The notes beneath the pieces were generated by a model, which was not told the DNA's origin, searched no databases, and saw only the letters and a list, made by a program, of their open reading frames with translations. DNA of 63,974 bases, the filler included, from Candidatus Woesearchaeota archaeon (GTDB lineage: Archaea > Nanobdellota > Nanobdellia > Woesearchaeales > BM511): assembly GCA_023266675.1 (NCBI GenBank). It is 7 parts of 7 records of this genome, joined end to end, with 100 filler letters (N's around TTAATTAATTAA, not from the genome) between each part and the next. Parts side by side here need not be neighbours in the genome. Positions count along the whole stretch, not along the records: positions 38,857 to 47,865 come from JAHFPP010000053.1; positions 47,966 to 56,900 come from JAHFPP010000054.1; positions 57,001 to 63,974 come from JAHFPP010000064.1; 4 more parts are not named here. One strand, written 5' to 3'. Both the position numbers and the translations under genes were made by a program. This document shows positions 47,173-57,053 of this stretch, one piece after another. The first letter of the stretch is position 1; each line of letters starts with the position of its first letter.

Positions 47173-47865
47173 GTGTGTCTTGTAATGGATTCTTTGAAGA
47201 GGTCATGGAAGCGAGAAATAATCAGTAAAGTCTTTTCTGTTGGAGCAATTGACTGGGACAGAAAATACTTTGATGAAATAATAAGTCTTCCTGACGGAAC
47301 AAGCTATAATTCTTACCTCATTGAAGGAAGCGAAAAAATTGCATTAATAGACACTGTTGACCCAAGCAAAAGAGATTTACTCTTGGAACATCTTGAGTCT
47401 GTAAACAAAATAGACTACATAATATCAAACCATGCAGAACAGGACCATTCAGGCTCAATTCCTGATATACTTAAAAAATACCCAATGGCAAAGTTAGTTA
47501 CAAATGAGCTTTGCGCAAAGATGCTAAATGACGAGCTTGAATTATCACAAGACAGAATTATAATAATAAAAGACAATGATGAGCTTTCGCTTGGAGACAA
47601 GACTTTAAAATTTATATTTACACCATGGGTACATTGGCCTGAAACTATGTGCACATTTCTAAAAGAGGATAAACTTCTTTTCACGTGTGATTTTTTTGGC
47701 TCGCATCTTGCGACAAGTGACCTTTACGCTTCTGAAATATCAATAGAACCTGCAGCAAAGAGATATTATTCAGAGATAATGATGCCGTTTGCAAATATCA
47801 TCATAAAAAATCTTGAAAGAGTGAGAGAGTTAAATCTTCATATGATCTGTCCAAGCCACGGACCT
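47173..47865 (+). CDS. fprA: Flavodiiron protein (FprA), 3'-truncated
   Basis: GTSYNSYLI, HAEQDHSG, HWPET, FTCDFFGSH, ICPSHGP. Confidence 0.93.
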
Positions 47866-47965
47866 NNNNNNNNNNNNNNNNNNNNNNNNNNNNNNNNNNN
47901 NNNNNNNNNTTAATTAATTAANNNNNNNNNNNNNNNNNNNNNNNNNNNNNNNNNNNNNNNNNNNN
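47866..47965. other. Artificial contig linker
   Basis: N-run + TTAATTAATTAA + N-run. Confidence 0.99.
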
Positions 47966-48593
47966 TAGAAGTAATAAAATAAGATAAGTCTTCATATCTC
48001 TTTTTTGTATCAAATTTGTCTAATTTAGAAGTTGTTGTAGGTAATTTCATAATTTCTTGTTTAGGTTTATTAACTTCTTCTTTTATGTAATATTCTTTCA
48101 AATGTTCAAGTAAGATTGGAAATAACGATAATAGTCCCATTAAAAAACCTATGAACCCTGTTATTGCAAAAAGAAAAACAAGTCCAATAACAATATATGA
48201 TGCAAATTTTGGAAGCATCTCAATAGGGATATACATTGCTGAATACAAAAATAAAAAACTAATTGCAGATGCTAAAAATGTTAAACTTGATACGAACAAT
48301 CGTTTAAGAATAACAGGTGATTGATTTAGATTCTTTTTCTCAAAAATTGCCCCTATAAGTGTAAACCCGAATAAAGTTAAACTTATCTCGGCATATCGCA
48401 TAAAAAATGAGTAATCATGCCCATTGAAACTTTTTGCAATTTCAGATATCATACCTACAAACCAAATTAGTGCAATTGTTGGACTAATCACTCCCAAAAT
48501 CCAGACAGAGGCATTAATACATTTAACCTTAAAATTAGAAGTTTCTCCAATTAGATTATTATTATCGACATTAGTTTTTTTTCTCTTTGGCAT
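47966..48593 (-). CDS. Multi-TM (about 4) membrane protein, 3'-truncated
   Basis: Four hydrophobic segments then a soluble tail running into the gap. Confidence 0.65.
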
Positions 48594-48626
48594 CTTGCTT
48601 TCTCTTTAAGTTTAACATTTAAAAAA

Positions 48627-49037
48627 TCATCTTCTAAGTATCTCAAAATCTTTATATTGTTCAAATCCTTTTTTTCTAATAACAACATTATATTTCCCTT
48701 TGTGTTTTCCTTCTTTTGTTGTCTTACGCCATAATTTTTTAAAATCAACTGAAGGAATGATATAAAATTCATCTTGTTCTTCCACATAAAATATGAAATA
48801 ATAATTATCTCTTAAATCAACATTTAATCCTCCGAAATTGCGTCCTTGAGTAGCAGTCTTAGAACTTGCTTTTATTTGAATATCTAGATATTTTGTAGAA
48901 TCAACTCGAATTACACAATCTATTCCTTGATCATCCACTAATGTTTGATATACATCAAAATTTCTCTTCATCAATTCTGCTATAACTGCATATTCATTTC
49001 TTTTTCCAAAAGAAGCATTATTTCTAAATACTCCCAT
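48627..49037 (-). CDS. Small PD-(D/E)XK nuclease-fold protein
   Basis: GKRNEY (helix Glu), DDQGIDC, DIQIKA. Confidence 0.8.
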   Translation of the reverse strand: MGVFRNNASFGKRNEYAVIAELMKRNFDVYQTLVDDQGIDCVIRVDSTKYLDIQIKASSKTATQGRNFGGLNVDLRDNYYFIFYVEEQDEFYIIPSVDFKKLWRKTTKEGKHKGKYNVVIRKKGFEQYKDFEILRR

Positions 49038-49096
49038 TAGTTAAAACCTCAGTAAATTTTCATTAACTATTTTCATTTCACATTCTCATACTTGAT

Positions 49097-49579
49097 TTAT
49101 TCTTTTGATAGTGCATATATCAATAATCCAATAACACCAACAGCAACTACTGCCTGTAAGTTTTCCTTTTTCTTTGAATTTTCAGCTACATACTGGAGCA
49201 GTTTAGGCATTTCTTGATTTCTTTTCTGTTCATCATATAAGGATAGGTAAGTTATTCCTGCTAACAAAGCATCAGGTTTTGCTTCTACATCGAGAAGAAT
49301 TGGGATTATCATTTTGTTATTGCCTTTTGCCACACCTATCTCTTGTTGCACATAAGTGGATTGAATCGAATTTTTACTATATAAAACAATAAACAAGTCA
49401 CACGCCATTATCCTTTGAATTATGTTAACGCTTAATTGACCAAAAAGAGTTTGTGATTCAAAAAGAAATATTTGAGTGTTAGTTATCTGTTTAAAATATG
49501 AGTCTAATTTTCGAGCAGTTTCACTATCTTTAATGCTGTAACTTATGAAAATATTAAAAACCATAACTCTTCTCCTCAA
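49097..49579 (-). CDS. TIR-domain protein with C-terminal hydrophobic tail (probable ATG at 49564)
   Basis: IFISYS, CDLFIVLYSKNS..S.YVQQEIG (catalytic Glu), IIPILL. Confidence 0.9.
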   Translation of the reverse strand: MRRRVMVFNIFISYSIKDSETARKLDSYFKQITNTQIFLFESQTLFGQLSVNIIQRIMACDLFIVLYSKNSIQSTYVQQEIGVAKGNNKMIIPILLDVEAKPDALLAGITYLSLYDEQKRNQEMPKLLQYVAENSKKKENLQAVVAVGVIGLLIYALSKE

Positions 49580-49756
49580 TTTTAAATTCTTTTTTCGTTT
49601 CCATTATTATACTAAATCATAACTCCTTGAACATCCATATTAAACTTGTTATTTATAAGTTTAATCCAAAATTCTGAAGTTTTTAATAAAACTCGGTTTT
49701 CTCGTATCTCTTTTTTTCCGAAAGATTTTTAATATAAGCACAAGTTTGTGTAGATA

Positions 49757-50362
49757 ATGGATTTGAAAAAGGTTAAAAAGCATGCAAAGAATGCTTGGCA
49801 CTTCATCTGGGAGGACGATTCTGCGCTTTCATGGGTGCTAAATGTTGTTATAGCGTTTATATTAATCAAATTTATAGTCTATCCGGGACTCGGGTTTATC
49901 TTTGGTACAAATTATCCTATAGTCGCTGTTGTCTCAGGCTCAATGGAGCATGACGAGAATTTTGACGGCTGGTGGGATATTCAGAAGGATTTTTATCTTG
50001 AAAGAAATATAACAAAAGAAGAGTTTAAAACATTCAGATTTAATAGCGGATTTAACACTGGCGACATAATGGTGCTTTTTGGAACTAAACCCGAAAAGAT
50101 AAAAGTTGGAGACGTGATTGTGTTTTCAACGTCAACAAGGCCTGACCCGATAATCCACCGAGTTGTGAGAGTATGGACTGAAAACAACGAGCTGTTTTTC
50201 CAGACAAAAGGTGACCATAACGACGCAATCAACACATACGTCAACGAGGGGAAGATATCAAAAGACAGATATATAGGACGCTCAGTGTTTAGAATACCAC
50301 TGCTTGGGTGGATAAAGATATACGCAGTAAATGTTATAAATTTTGTAGGTTCAAAGATATAA
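49757..50362 (+). CDS. Signal peptidase I (Sec11-type)
   Basis: VVSGSME, GDVIVF, PIIHRV, TKGDHN. Confidence 0.92.
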   Translation: MDLKKVKKHAKNAWHFIWEDDSALSWVLNVVIAFILIKFIVYPGLGFIFGTNYPIVAVVSGSMEHDENFDGWWDIQKDFYLERNITKEEFKTFRFNSGFNTGDIMVLFGTKPEKIKVGDVIVFSTSTRPDPIIHRVVRVWTENNELFFQTKGDHNDAINTYVNEGKISKDRYIGRSVFRIPLLGWIKIYAVNVINFVGSKI

Positions 50363-50404
50363 AAAAGAAAGTATTAAGTATATGATATAATGAGGTAATT
50401 TAAA

Positions 50405-50725
50405 ATGATATTTTGTCCAAAATGCGGCTCACTACTGATGCCAAAAAAAGAGAAGAACACGACTGTGCTTTCATGCAAATGCGGCTATACAAATAAGAAA
50501 GAGTCCTTTGCTGCAATTAAGGAAACCATGGTTAATGACAGCAGGAAAATCGAGATTGTCGGAAACGAAGAGGAAAAAACACTTCCTTTGACTGAAGGCG
50601 AATGCGGACGCTGCGGTCACAAAAAAGCATATTACTGGACTGTGCAGACGAGAGCGTCTGACGAGCCTGAGACAAAATTCTTAAAATGCCAGAAATGCGC
50701 ACATACGTGGCGTGACTACGCATAA
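50405..50725 (+). CDS. tfs: Transcription factor S
   Basis: FCPKCG..C.C and C-terminal ribbon with QTRASDEPET. Confidence 0.96.
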   Translation: MIFCPKCGSLLMPKKEKNTTVLSCKCGYTNKKESFAAIKETMVNDSRKIEIVGNEEEKTLPLTEGECGRCGHKKAYYWTVQTRASDEPETKFLKCQKCAHTWRDYA

Positions 50726-50731
50726 GGTTTT

Positions 50732-50974
50732 ATGGATATTACTAAATACCTAAATAACGGATTCTTAAAGATAACTGTTAAAACTGGCTCTCCAAAAACA
50801 GAGATTATAGGCTATGACGAGTCAAAAAAGGCGTTAAAGCTTGGAGTCCACGCGCCGCCAACAGAAGGAAAAGCAAATCTTGAGATAATAAAATTTTTCT
50901 CAAAAACACTCAAGAAGAAAGTTGAGATTAAGTCAGGAAAGACGTCTAAGGAAAAACTTTTGAAAATCAATTAA
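50732..50974 (+). CDS. DUF167/YggU-family protein
   Basis: APPTEGKAN..I.SG.TSKEK. Confidence 0.92.
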   Translation: MDITKYLNNGFLKITVKTGSPKTEIIGYDESKKALKLGVHAPPTEGKANLEIIKFFSKTLKKKVEIKSGKTSKEKLLKIN

Positions 50975-51410
50975 GTGTATAAGATGAAGAAGGTAGTGGC
51001 TCGCTTCCTTTTGTTTTTAGCAGCATTGACGCTATCTCTTCACCATTCCATCCGGAATGTTTCATGAAAGCGTTCATTGCAGGACCATGCCTGTTTGGCG
51101 TTTGGTATAATACTTCGATTCTGTCTTCTGCTTTCAAAGACTGCCGAAGTCCAAGATCAGCAACTGCTGCGCAGCGCGCCATATATTCAAGTGCGTTTAT
51201 CTGCACTTGAGCTGTGATTCCTGCATTATTTTTTCCCAATGCTCTTACTTTAAAATTCACATATGTGTCCACTACTTTTCCAAAAGTTTCTACGTCCCCG
51301 GCTTCTGCTGCTGTTTTTAACACGCATGACACTTCACTAATTGAATATTCAAGTGATTTTGGCTTTCCCATTAAGAATTCAATTAGCTCCTGCGCTGATA
51401 TATCGCTCAT
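50967..51410 (-). CDS. Hypothetical protein (orphan)
   Basis: 147-aa ORF with TATA upstream. Confidence 0.6.
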   Translation of the reverse strand: MSDISAQELIEFLMGKPKSLEYSISEVSCVLKTAAEAGDVETFGKVVDTYVNFKVRALGKNNAGITAQVQINALEYMARCAAVADLGLRQSLKAEDRIEVLYQTPNRHGPAMNAFMKHSGWNGEEIASMLLKTKGSEPLPSSSYTLN

Positions 51411-51484
51411 AAACCAGGATGAAAATAATTTATATTTAAAGATAACTGTTTGTAATCACTAAAGAGAAGCAATTAATAAAATAG

Positions 51485-52486
51485 CTATTGAATTTTTTGC
51501 GCTACAACCACATAAAGTGTTGAAAGAATCCTAATTTCATTAGCGCCAAGATTTCTTGTTAAATCACTGTCAAACCGGCTTTTATCAACACCAATATCAT
51601 TGTGAAAAAGATTAAATTGCGGTCGATTGGAATATTTTCCATTTCTTTGAACATCTGCATATCCATCCTGTTTGCCTGATTCAAGAAGTTTATATCCTGA
51701 GCATGAGAGCGATTCTTCAATTGAATCTTTAAAAAAGTCCAAAAATCTTACTGATTGAGCAGCCACACCAGATGATTTAACAAGTTTGGAATCATGGTAT
51801 AAATTTAATTGAAATTCAGGATTATTAGCTTGACTTGTAAATAAGTTTGCAGGTGAAGCTATATAATGGTCAAAATATTTTACAAGAAACGGATCAGTTG
51901 AAAAATAGGCTTCTCTGACTTTTGGCAAATCGTTTTTATCAACTAGTTGTATTCCTGAAAGACAAGTTTTTCCTGTTATAACATCCGGTTCATATAAGGA
52001 AAATGGAATCTTGCTACTGCCGTTATATTTATGAAATAGCACATTTGCAGATGCTTCTATATCAAGAAAATGAATAAATTTACCGTTTGAAGTTAAAACT
52101 CTTCCAACCTCATTTAATGCAGCTTCTAAATTTTCTAGTGTGTCAAAAGAAGAATAACCTGTTGCAACGTCAAACTCGCCATCAGAAAAAGGTAAATTAT
52201 ACACATTTGCAATTTTCACATTAGAATCAGGATGCAAGGTTTTATTTGCTTCTGCAATTCTTTGACTCTGTTCTGTCTGCTGTATTTGGCTGCGATAGTC
52301 AGGAGCAAGAGTTACTAGCTCTCCAAGCCCGCTTCCAATTTCAATAATCCTGTCCTGAGGACTGACATGATTTCTAAAAACTTTTCTGACTAAATCTGAA
52401 GAAGCTACCCTGAACAGTTCTCTATACGGATCAAAAGCTGTTAAAATATTTTCATGATTCCATCCTGATGTTAAATAATCCTGCAT
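51485..52486 (-). CDS. Class I SAM-dependent methyltransferase
   Basis: IIEIGSGLG, NLPFSDGEFD, EVGRVLTSNG. Confidence 0.85.
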   Translation of the reverse strand: MQDYLTSGWNHENILTAFDPYRELFRVASSDLVRKVFRNHVSPQDRIIEIGSGLGELVTLAPDYRSQIQQTEQSQRIAEANKTLHPDSNVKIANVYNLPFSDGEFDVATGYSSFDTLENLEAALNEVGRVLTSNGKFIHFLDIEASANVLFHKYNGSSKIPFSLYEPDVITGKTCLSGIQLVDKNDLPKVREAYFSTDPFLVKYFDHYIASPANLFTSQANNPEFQLNLYHDSKLVKSSGVAAQSVRFLDFFKDSIEESLSCSGYKLLESGKQDGYADVQRNGKYSNRPQFNLFHNDIGVDKSRFDSDLTRNLGANEIRILSTLYVVVAQKIQ

Positions 52487-52550
52487 AATTAATTTGAAAA
52501 CAAGTCAGGTTTATAAATCTTTCTAATTTGTTACCACTAACAAATAACAA

Positions 52551-53669
52551 TTAATTTACATTCTCAAGCTTGATTCTAAGAAGTATCATGTAAACAACAA
52601 GCAGCATTGCGTAGAATAAAAAAACCGCCCAGAACATATCGTAAAACACAAGCACGCTTGTAAGAAGCAGTGTTGGCACACGACCAACATTTAAGAAGAA
52701 CTCCCTTGTCTTCCAAAATGACAACTCCATTGTTTTGGCGTCCATTGATATAGCAAGCCTGATTGGAAAAGAGAGGTATGCAAGGCCAGTGAATACGCCT
52801 GCGAATATTAAAAGATAAAGCTGGCTTTTAAGAAATATCAGACTGATAACAGACAAGATAAGCAGTGTGAAAAGAATGTATAGGTATCCTTTTCGTTTAT
52901 GGCTCTCGTCAGATTTCTTGGCGATTATAACTGATATTACTAAGCCGATTAGCCCAAGAAAACTTAAAAAAAGACCGTACTCAGTTTCGGTCTTCAAAAA
53001 ATTAAGTGAGTATACTGTAAGCACGATAGGCCCAAAATACTGAAACGCCCCTTCAATTAAAGTGATTGCCTTTAATCCGTCAAACTTTTTTATGCCATCA
53101 TACGACGGCACATCAATTTTCTCATCTGGAATTTTATTATAAAACATGAATATTGAGAGTGTAAAAAGAATTGAGCTTATAATATATAGCCATGAATACC
53201 CATAAAAATTTAATACTAAAAGTGAGATTGGAGGAACAACTACGCCGATTATTCCAGGTATCAACTGGTAAAATGATGAGTTTGTCGCATTGTTATTAGC
53301 AGTTGTGCCCTTGAAGAAAAGATAGTTTATTGTGACCCAAAAAAAGATTTGGTATAACCCTGCCAAAAGAACATAAATGAGGTAGGAATATTTTCCATAA
53401 AAAGCAAATGCAAGCATCATTATTGCCTGAAGAATAACTCCGTAAACAAGGTATCTCCTTGTGGAAAATGAATTGACAAAAAGAATTGTTATTGATGCAA
53501 CAAGAGTGTATAACGCGTAAAGAAGAATTATGAGGTGAAGCGCGAAGCCTTTTTGTTTTAGAAATATCGGCACAAATGAAAATCCAAAAGCCATGATAAC
53601 GCAAAGCACAGAATAAAACAGGTAAAATGAATCTATTTTTTTAAGATACTCGTCAAGTTTTGAAATCAT
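52551..53669 (-). CDS. MFS transporter
   Basis: About 12 TM helices; REFFLNVGR motif. Confidence 0.85.
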   Translation of the reverse strand: MISKLDEYLKKIDSFYLFYSVLCVIMAFGFSFVPIFLKQKGFALHLIILLYALYTLVASITILFVNSFSTRRYLVYGVILQAIMMLAFAFYGKYSYLIYVLLAGLYQIFFWVTINYLFFKGTTANNNATNSSFYQLIPGIIGVVVPPISLLVLNFYGYSWLYIISSILFTLSIFMFYNKIPDEKIDVPSYDGIKKFDGLKAITLIEGAFQYFGPIVLTVYSLNFLKTETEYGLFLSFLGLIGLVISVIIAKKSDESHKRKGYLYILFTLLILSVISLIFLKSQLYLLIFAGVFTGLAYLSFPIRLAISMDAKTMELSFWKTREFFLNVGRVPTLLLTSVLVFYDMFWAVFLFYAMLLVVYMILLRIKLENVN

Positions 53670-53688
53670 GTTTTTAAGGCAAAATTAT

Positions 53689-54213
53689 TTATTTTCTGTA
53701 ATCAAGGTGGTCTATTTCCATTGACGGCTTTGGTATCTGCACAAACTCAACACCTGCTTCCTCAAAAAGCTCAATATAATCGTTTTCTTTTCGCTCCGCG
53801 CATGATACAAAACGTTTTATTCCTGCATTGATAAGAATTTTTGCGCATACAACGCAGCTTCCGTGAGTGCAGTAGACTGTGCCGCCGCGAAGCTCAACGC
53901 CAAACTTTGCACCCTGTATAATCGCGTTTTGCTCTGCGTGAACGCCTCTGCATATATGCTTGTCTTTTCCGCTTGGAATATTTAGCACATCCCTTAAGCA
54001 GTTTCCGTGTTCAAAAGAATCCTTTATGCCTGACGGCGCGCCATTGTAGCCTGTTGTGAGTATATGGTTGTCTTTAACGATTACTGCGCCGACTTTTCGC
54101 CGATAACAGCTTGCACGCTCTGAAACAACGTACGCTATTTTCATGAAGTATTCGTCGTATCCTATTCTTTCTGTTTTTTCCATTTGTTTTGAATCAGTCA
54201 TTTCTTCTTCCAA
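53689..54213 (-). CDS. dCMP deaminase (ComEB family)
   Basis: RKVGAVIV, TGYNG, HAEQNAI, CVVCAK. Confidence 0.93.
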   Translation of the reverse strand: MEEEMTDSKQMEKTERIGYDEYFMKIAYVVSERASCYRRKVGAVIVKDNHILTTGYNGAPSGIKDSFEHGNCLRDVLNIPSGKDKHICRGVHAEQNAIIQGAKFGVELRGGTVYCTHGSCVVCAKILINAGIKRFVSCAERKENDYIELFEEAGVEFVQIPKPSMEIDHLDYRK

Positions 54214-54743
54214 TCATTGATTGCATTTAAGATTTTTGCTTTTAACGCTTTTTTTGTTGAATCATTTATGATTATCATGTCAGCCATCGCCATTGTCCTG
54301 TCAAGCTGCTGGTTTGTGTAAACATCCTTGTTTTCAAGCTTCTCTGCCGCCTTTAATTCCTCAAGCGTTTTGACGTCACCTTTTCTTCCTCTTTTTTTTA
54401 GGCGCAAGAATCTTGACTCAATAGGCGCGTCAATGCCAATGAGGTGAAAATCGCCAAGTGTTTTTAATTCCTCAGCCTCAAAAGGATTTCTTATGCTGTC
54501 AATAACGTTATCGCCGTCCTTTATGGATTCCTTTATTTTAAGCGAAAGAGCTCGCGGTCCAAACTGCTCGCGAAGAAGATTTCCTTTGATTGTCATGTTT
54601 GCGCGTGACGTTGATTTTCCGTCTTTTCTAAGCTCCTCGCGTATGACGTCAGAAAGCGAGTGGTATGAGAAGCCGAGTTTCTTAAGTATTTTAGCAGCCT
54701 CACCCTTTCCTGAGGCAAAATTCCCTGTTAAACCTATATTCAT
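54198..54743 (-). CDS. P-loop nucleotide kinase (dephospho-CoA kinase-like)
   Basis: GNFASGKG, SLSDVIR, IDSIRNP; overlaps the dCMP deaminase start. Confidence 0.8.
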   Translation of the reverse strand: MNIGLTGNFASGKGEAAKILKKLGFSYHSLSDVIREELRKDGKSTSRANMTIKGNLLREQFGPRALSLKIKESIKDGDNVIDSIRNPFEAEELKTLGDFHLIGIDAPIESRFLRLKKRGRKGDVKTLEELKAAEKLENKDVYTNQQLDRTMAMADMIIINDSTKKALKAKILNAINDWKKK

Positions 54744-54866
54744 GTTTTCACAAAAACTAAAAACATGTGAGTATTATTTAAAATTAACTTAAAAGAGAGA
54801 TAGGGAGAGGTAATCAAAAATTAATCACCACTGTCTGATAAGTATTATAAAAAGATTTTTAAATAA

Positions 54867-55280
54867 GTGTATTATTTTAGGATTATGAAAGAACTTACTG
54901 ACATAGTGTATTTTGAATCAAATTTTGGAGATTATGGGCACCCATTTTTAATGTTTGCAAATGATCATAAACTGTCCGGAAGGATTGTACAAACCCTTAC
55001 AGAACTTGAACTTTCACTAAATAAAGATTTATTTGGAAGGGTATACCTTGTCGGCGTTAATGATACCGAGACTGCAGCATATGCAGTTGATATCATAAGG
55101 AATTTTGACCATCGACCGTCAAACATAATCCTTTTTTCAAGAGATTATAAAATGGAACGCATTGCAAGAGAGCTTAATGCAATGCATATGAATAAGAATG
55201 ACGGATTCAGGCAGGTTCTTGATTATGCGAAAGATTATATTGGAAAGATACGGCTTCTTGAGGCACAATTAGGCCATTAA
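54867..55280 (+). CDS. Hypothetical protein, degenerate receiver (CheY)-like pattern
   Basis: IVYFES / VYLVG / IILFS / MHMNK spacing. Confidence 0.5.
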   Translation: MYYFRIMKELTDIVYFESNFGDYGHPFLMFANDHKLSGRIVQTLTELELSLNKDLFGRVYLVGVNDTETAAYAVDIIRNFDHRPSNIILFSRDYKMERIARELNAMHMNKNDGFRQVLDYAKDYIGKIRLLEAQLGH

Positions 55281-55292
55281 AAACGATTTAAA

Positions 55293-55913
55293 ATGGAAAA
55301 CGGATTACTTGACCGCATTAAGGATGCTGAGAAATATACTGTACGAGTATTTGACGAACTTGTCCATAAAGGGATTGACAGGATAGTTGAGCATTACGAA
55401 GAAAAGGGTTTGCCAAGAAATCGTCAGGCAAGAATTCTTAGCGCTAGTTCTGCAATATTTTATATATACAATATAGGGACAGAAACAATCGGTGAAATTC
55501 ATGAGTATATGAGTGGAGCTAAATCCCAAGATTTTTTATCCGCTCATCTTTCTTTTATGAGAGGGTTTGCAGAAATATCTACCCTGAACATATTCATGTT
55601 ATACGAGAAACGAAACCTGAAAAATAACAGACAAAAGAATGATGGAACCGCGCCTGGAAGTGTTGAAGTCGCATCATATAACTCGATTGGAGGCATTGTG
55701 CGCCCATATTTGCTTGCAGGAACATTGTCATCAATAGTTTATGGAATTACTGAGAAGGATTCTGGTTTTTTCTCTTATGGATTTTCAACGTTGCCATTTG
55801 CGCTCTCACTGTATGTTAGGGATGACCAGTCAGGCGGGTTGATAGACAGAATAAAAACAAATATTCAGAATTATTTTAAGAAACCTGCAACGATAGATAA
55901 TCATGCCCAATAA
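55293..55913 (+). CDS. Hypothetical membrane-associated protein (orphan)
   Basis: 206 aa with hydrophobic segments. Confidence 0.6.
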   Translation: MENGLLDRIKDAEKYTVRVFDELVHKGIDRIVEHYEEKGLPRNRQARILSASSAIFYIYNIGTETIGEIHEYMSGAKSQDFLSAHLSFMRGFAEISTLNIFMLYEKRNLKNNRQKNDGTAPGSVEVASYNSIGGIVRPYLLAGTLSSIVYGITEKDSGFFSYGFSTLPFALSLYVRDDQSGGLIDRIKTNIQNYFKKPATIDNHAQ

Positions 55914-55914
55914 A

Positions 55915-56328
55915 TCAGTTCAAGTCAAGCTTTTCATCAATTTTTTCTGCAACAGAAATTAAATCGTCGTATGTTTTATCCATATCCTTTTTCATTTCAT
56001 CCATAATCTTCTTCATTGTCTTTGCGCGCATCTGATACCTATTGTTTTTCTCAACAATTATCCCTGCAGACAAAAGGTTGTTTATATGATGAATTACAGT
56101 TCCTCGCGATAGGTTTAGCTGAAACGCTATCTCGTCACTAGTCAGCGCATTCCCTGTTTTTAAAGCCTTTAGAAGCGTGATAAATACACGGTAGCAGCTT
56201 CTATCCTTGTCTCTAAGCGAAAAAAGCCCTAAAGACGTGCCAAGCCACTGAAGCTCCTGATCAATATTGGTCATCTCAGGCTCTTTATTGAATTTGATTA
56301 TCGTGATTTTATGAAATGAGTATCTCAT
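55915..56328 (-). CDS. Winged-helix transcriptional regulator
   Basis: LTSDEIAFQLNLSRGTVIHHINNLLSAGII. Confidence 0.88.
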   Translation of the reverse strand: MRYSFHKITIIKFNKEPEMTNIDQELQWLGTSLGLFSLRDKDRSCYRVFITLLKALKTGNALTSDEIAFQLNLSRGTVIHHINNLLSAGIIVEKNNRYQMRAKTMKKIMDEMKKDMDKTYDDLISVAEKIDEKLDLN

Positions 56329-56392
56329 AAAATTAAATTGATATAATCTTATTTATATACTTTTACAAGAAAGTTAGATTAAAAAAAAGTTA

Positions 56393-56749
56393 TCACAACA
56401 GTTCAGGTCTGTCTGCGTATCTTACTCTTGGAGAAGGCTCAATATCAGCGTATGCACCGCCATAATGTGTGTCATCAAATATCTTTGCACTTTTACCTTC
56501 GCCTATAACGACTGTTCCGAGAGGGTGGTGGTGAGAGCTTGCGTATGCGTTGAATTCGGCAACTGTTGGAAAATGAGAAAAATATTTTGAATCAAAAAAT
56601 GGTTTGGAAGGAGAATTTCCATTGTGTCTGTTATATAGATTAAGAGGATAATCAAACCCTTTTTTTAAGATAATACCTGCTCTTTCAACTAATCCTGCTA
56701 AACCGGTTTTTGGAGCTTCAAATCCTGAAATGTCTTCAAATGTATGCAT
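56393..56749 (-). CDS. Hypothetical protein (orphan)
   Basis: 118-aa ORF. Confidence 0.55.
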   Translation of the reverse strand: MHTFEDISGFEAPKTGLAGLVERAGIILKKGFDYPLNLYNRHNGNSPSKPFFDSKYFSHFPTVAEFNAYASSHHHPLGTVVIGEGKSAKIFDDTHYGGAYADIEPSPRVRYADRPELL

Positions 56750-56900
56750 TTATTTACCCACTAAAATATACCACAAATGTTTACACATTGAGTATACGCC
56801 TATATAAATGTTGTTATTTATGAAAGGTTATAGAAATTCTATTTGTTCTTTTTTATTAGATTAGTATCGTCAGAATAAGGCTTTGGACCAACGAGGTAGT

Positions 56901-57000
56901 NNNNNNNNNNNNNNNNNNNNNNNNNNNNNNNNNNNNNNNNNNNNTTAATTAATTAANNNNNNNNNNNNNNNNNNNNNNNNNNNNNNNNNNNNNNNNNNNN
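56901..57000. other. Artificial contig linker
   Basis: N-run + TTAATTAATTAA + N-run. Confidence 0.99.
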
Positions 57001-57053
57001 TATAGTTGACAAAATAAAAATACTAAATGAAAAATAGTTGATGTGGTGAAAAT

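Noticed and set aside
43632..50362. Two signal peptidase I paralogues
   Set aside because: Multiple SPase I genes are common in archaea, and these lie on different contigs
10300..57000. Six recurring TTAATTAATTAA motifs as a biological repeat
   Set aside because: Each is embedded in N-runs in an identical 100-nt block; these are assembly linkers, so cross-linker gene adjacency was not interpreted
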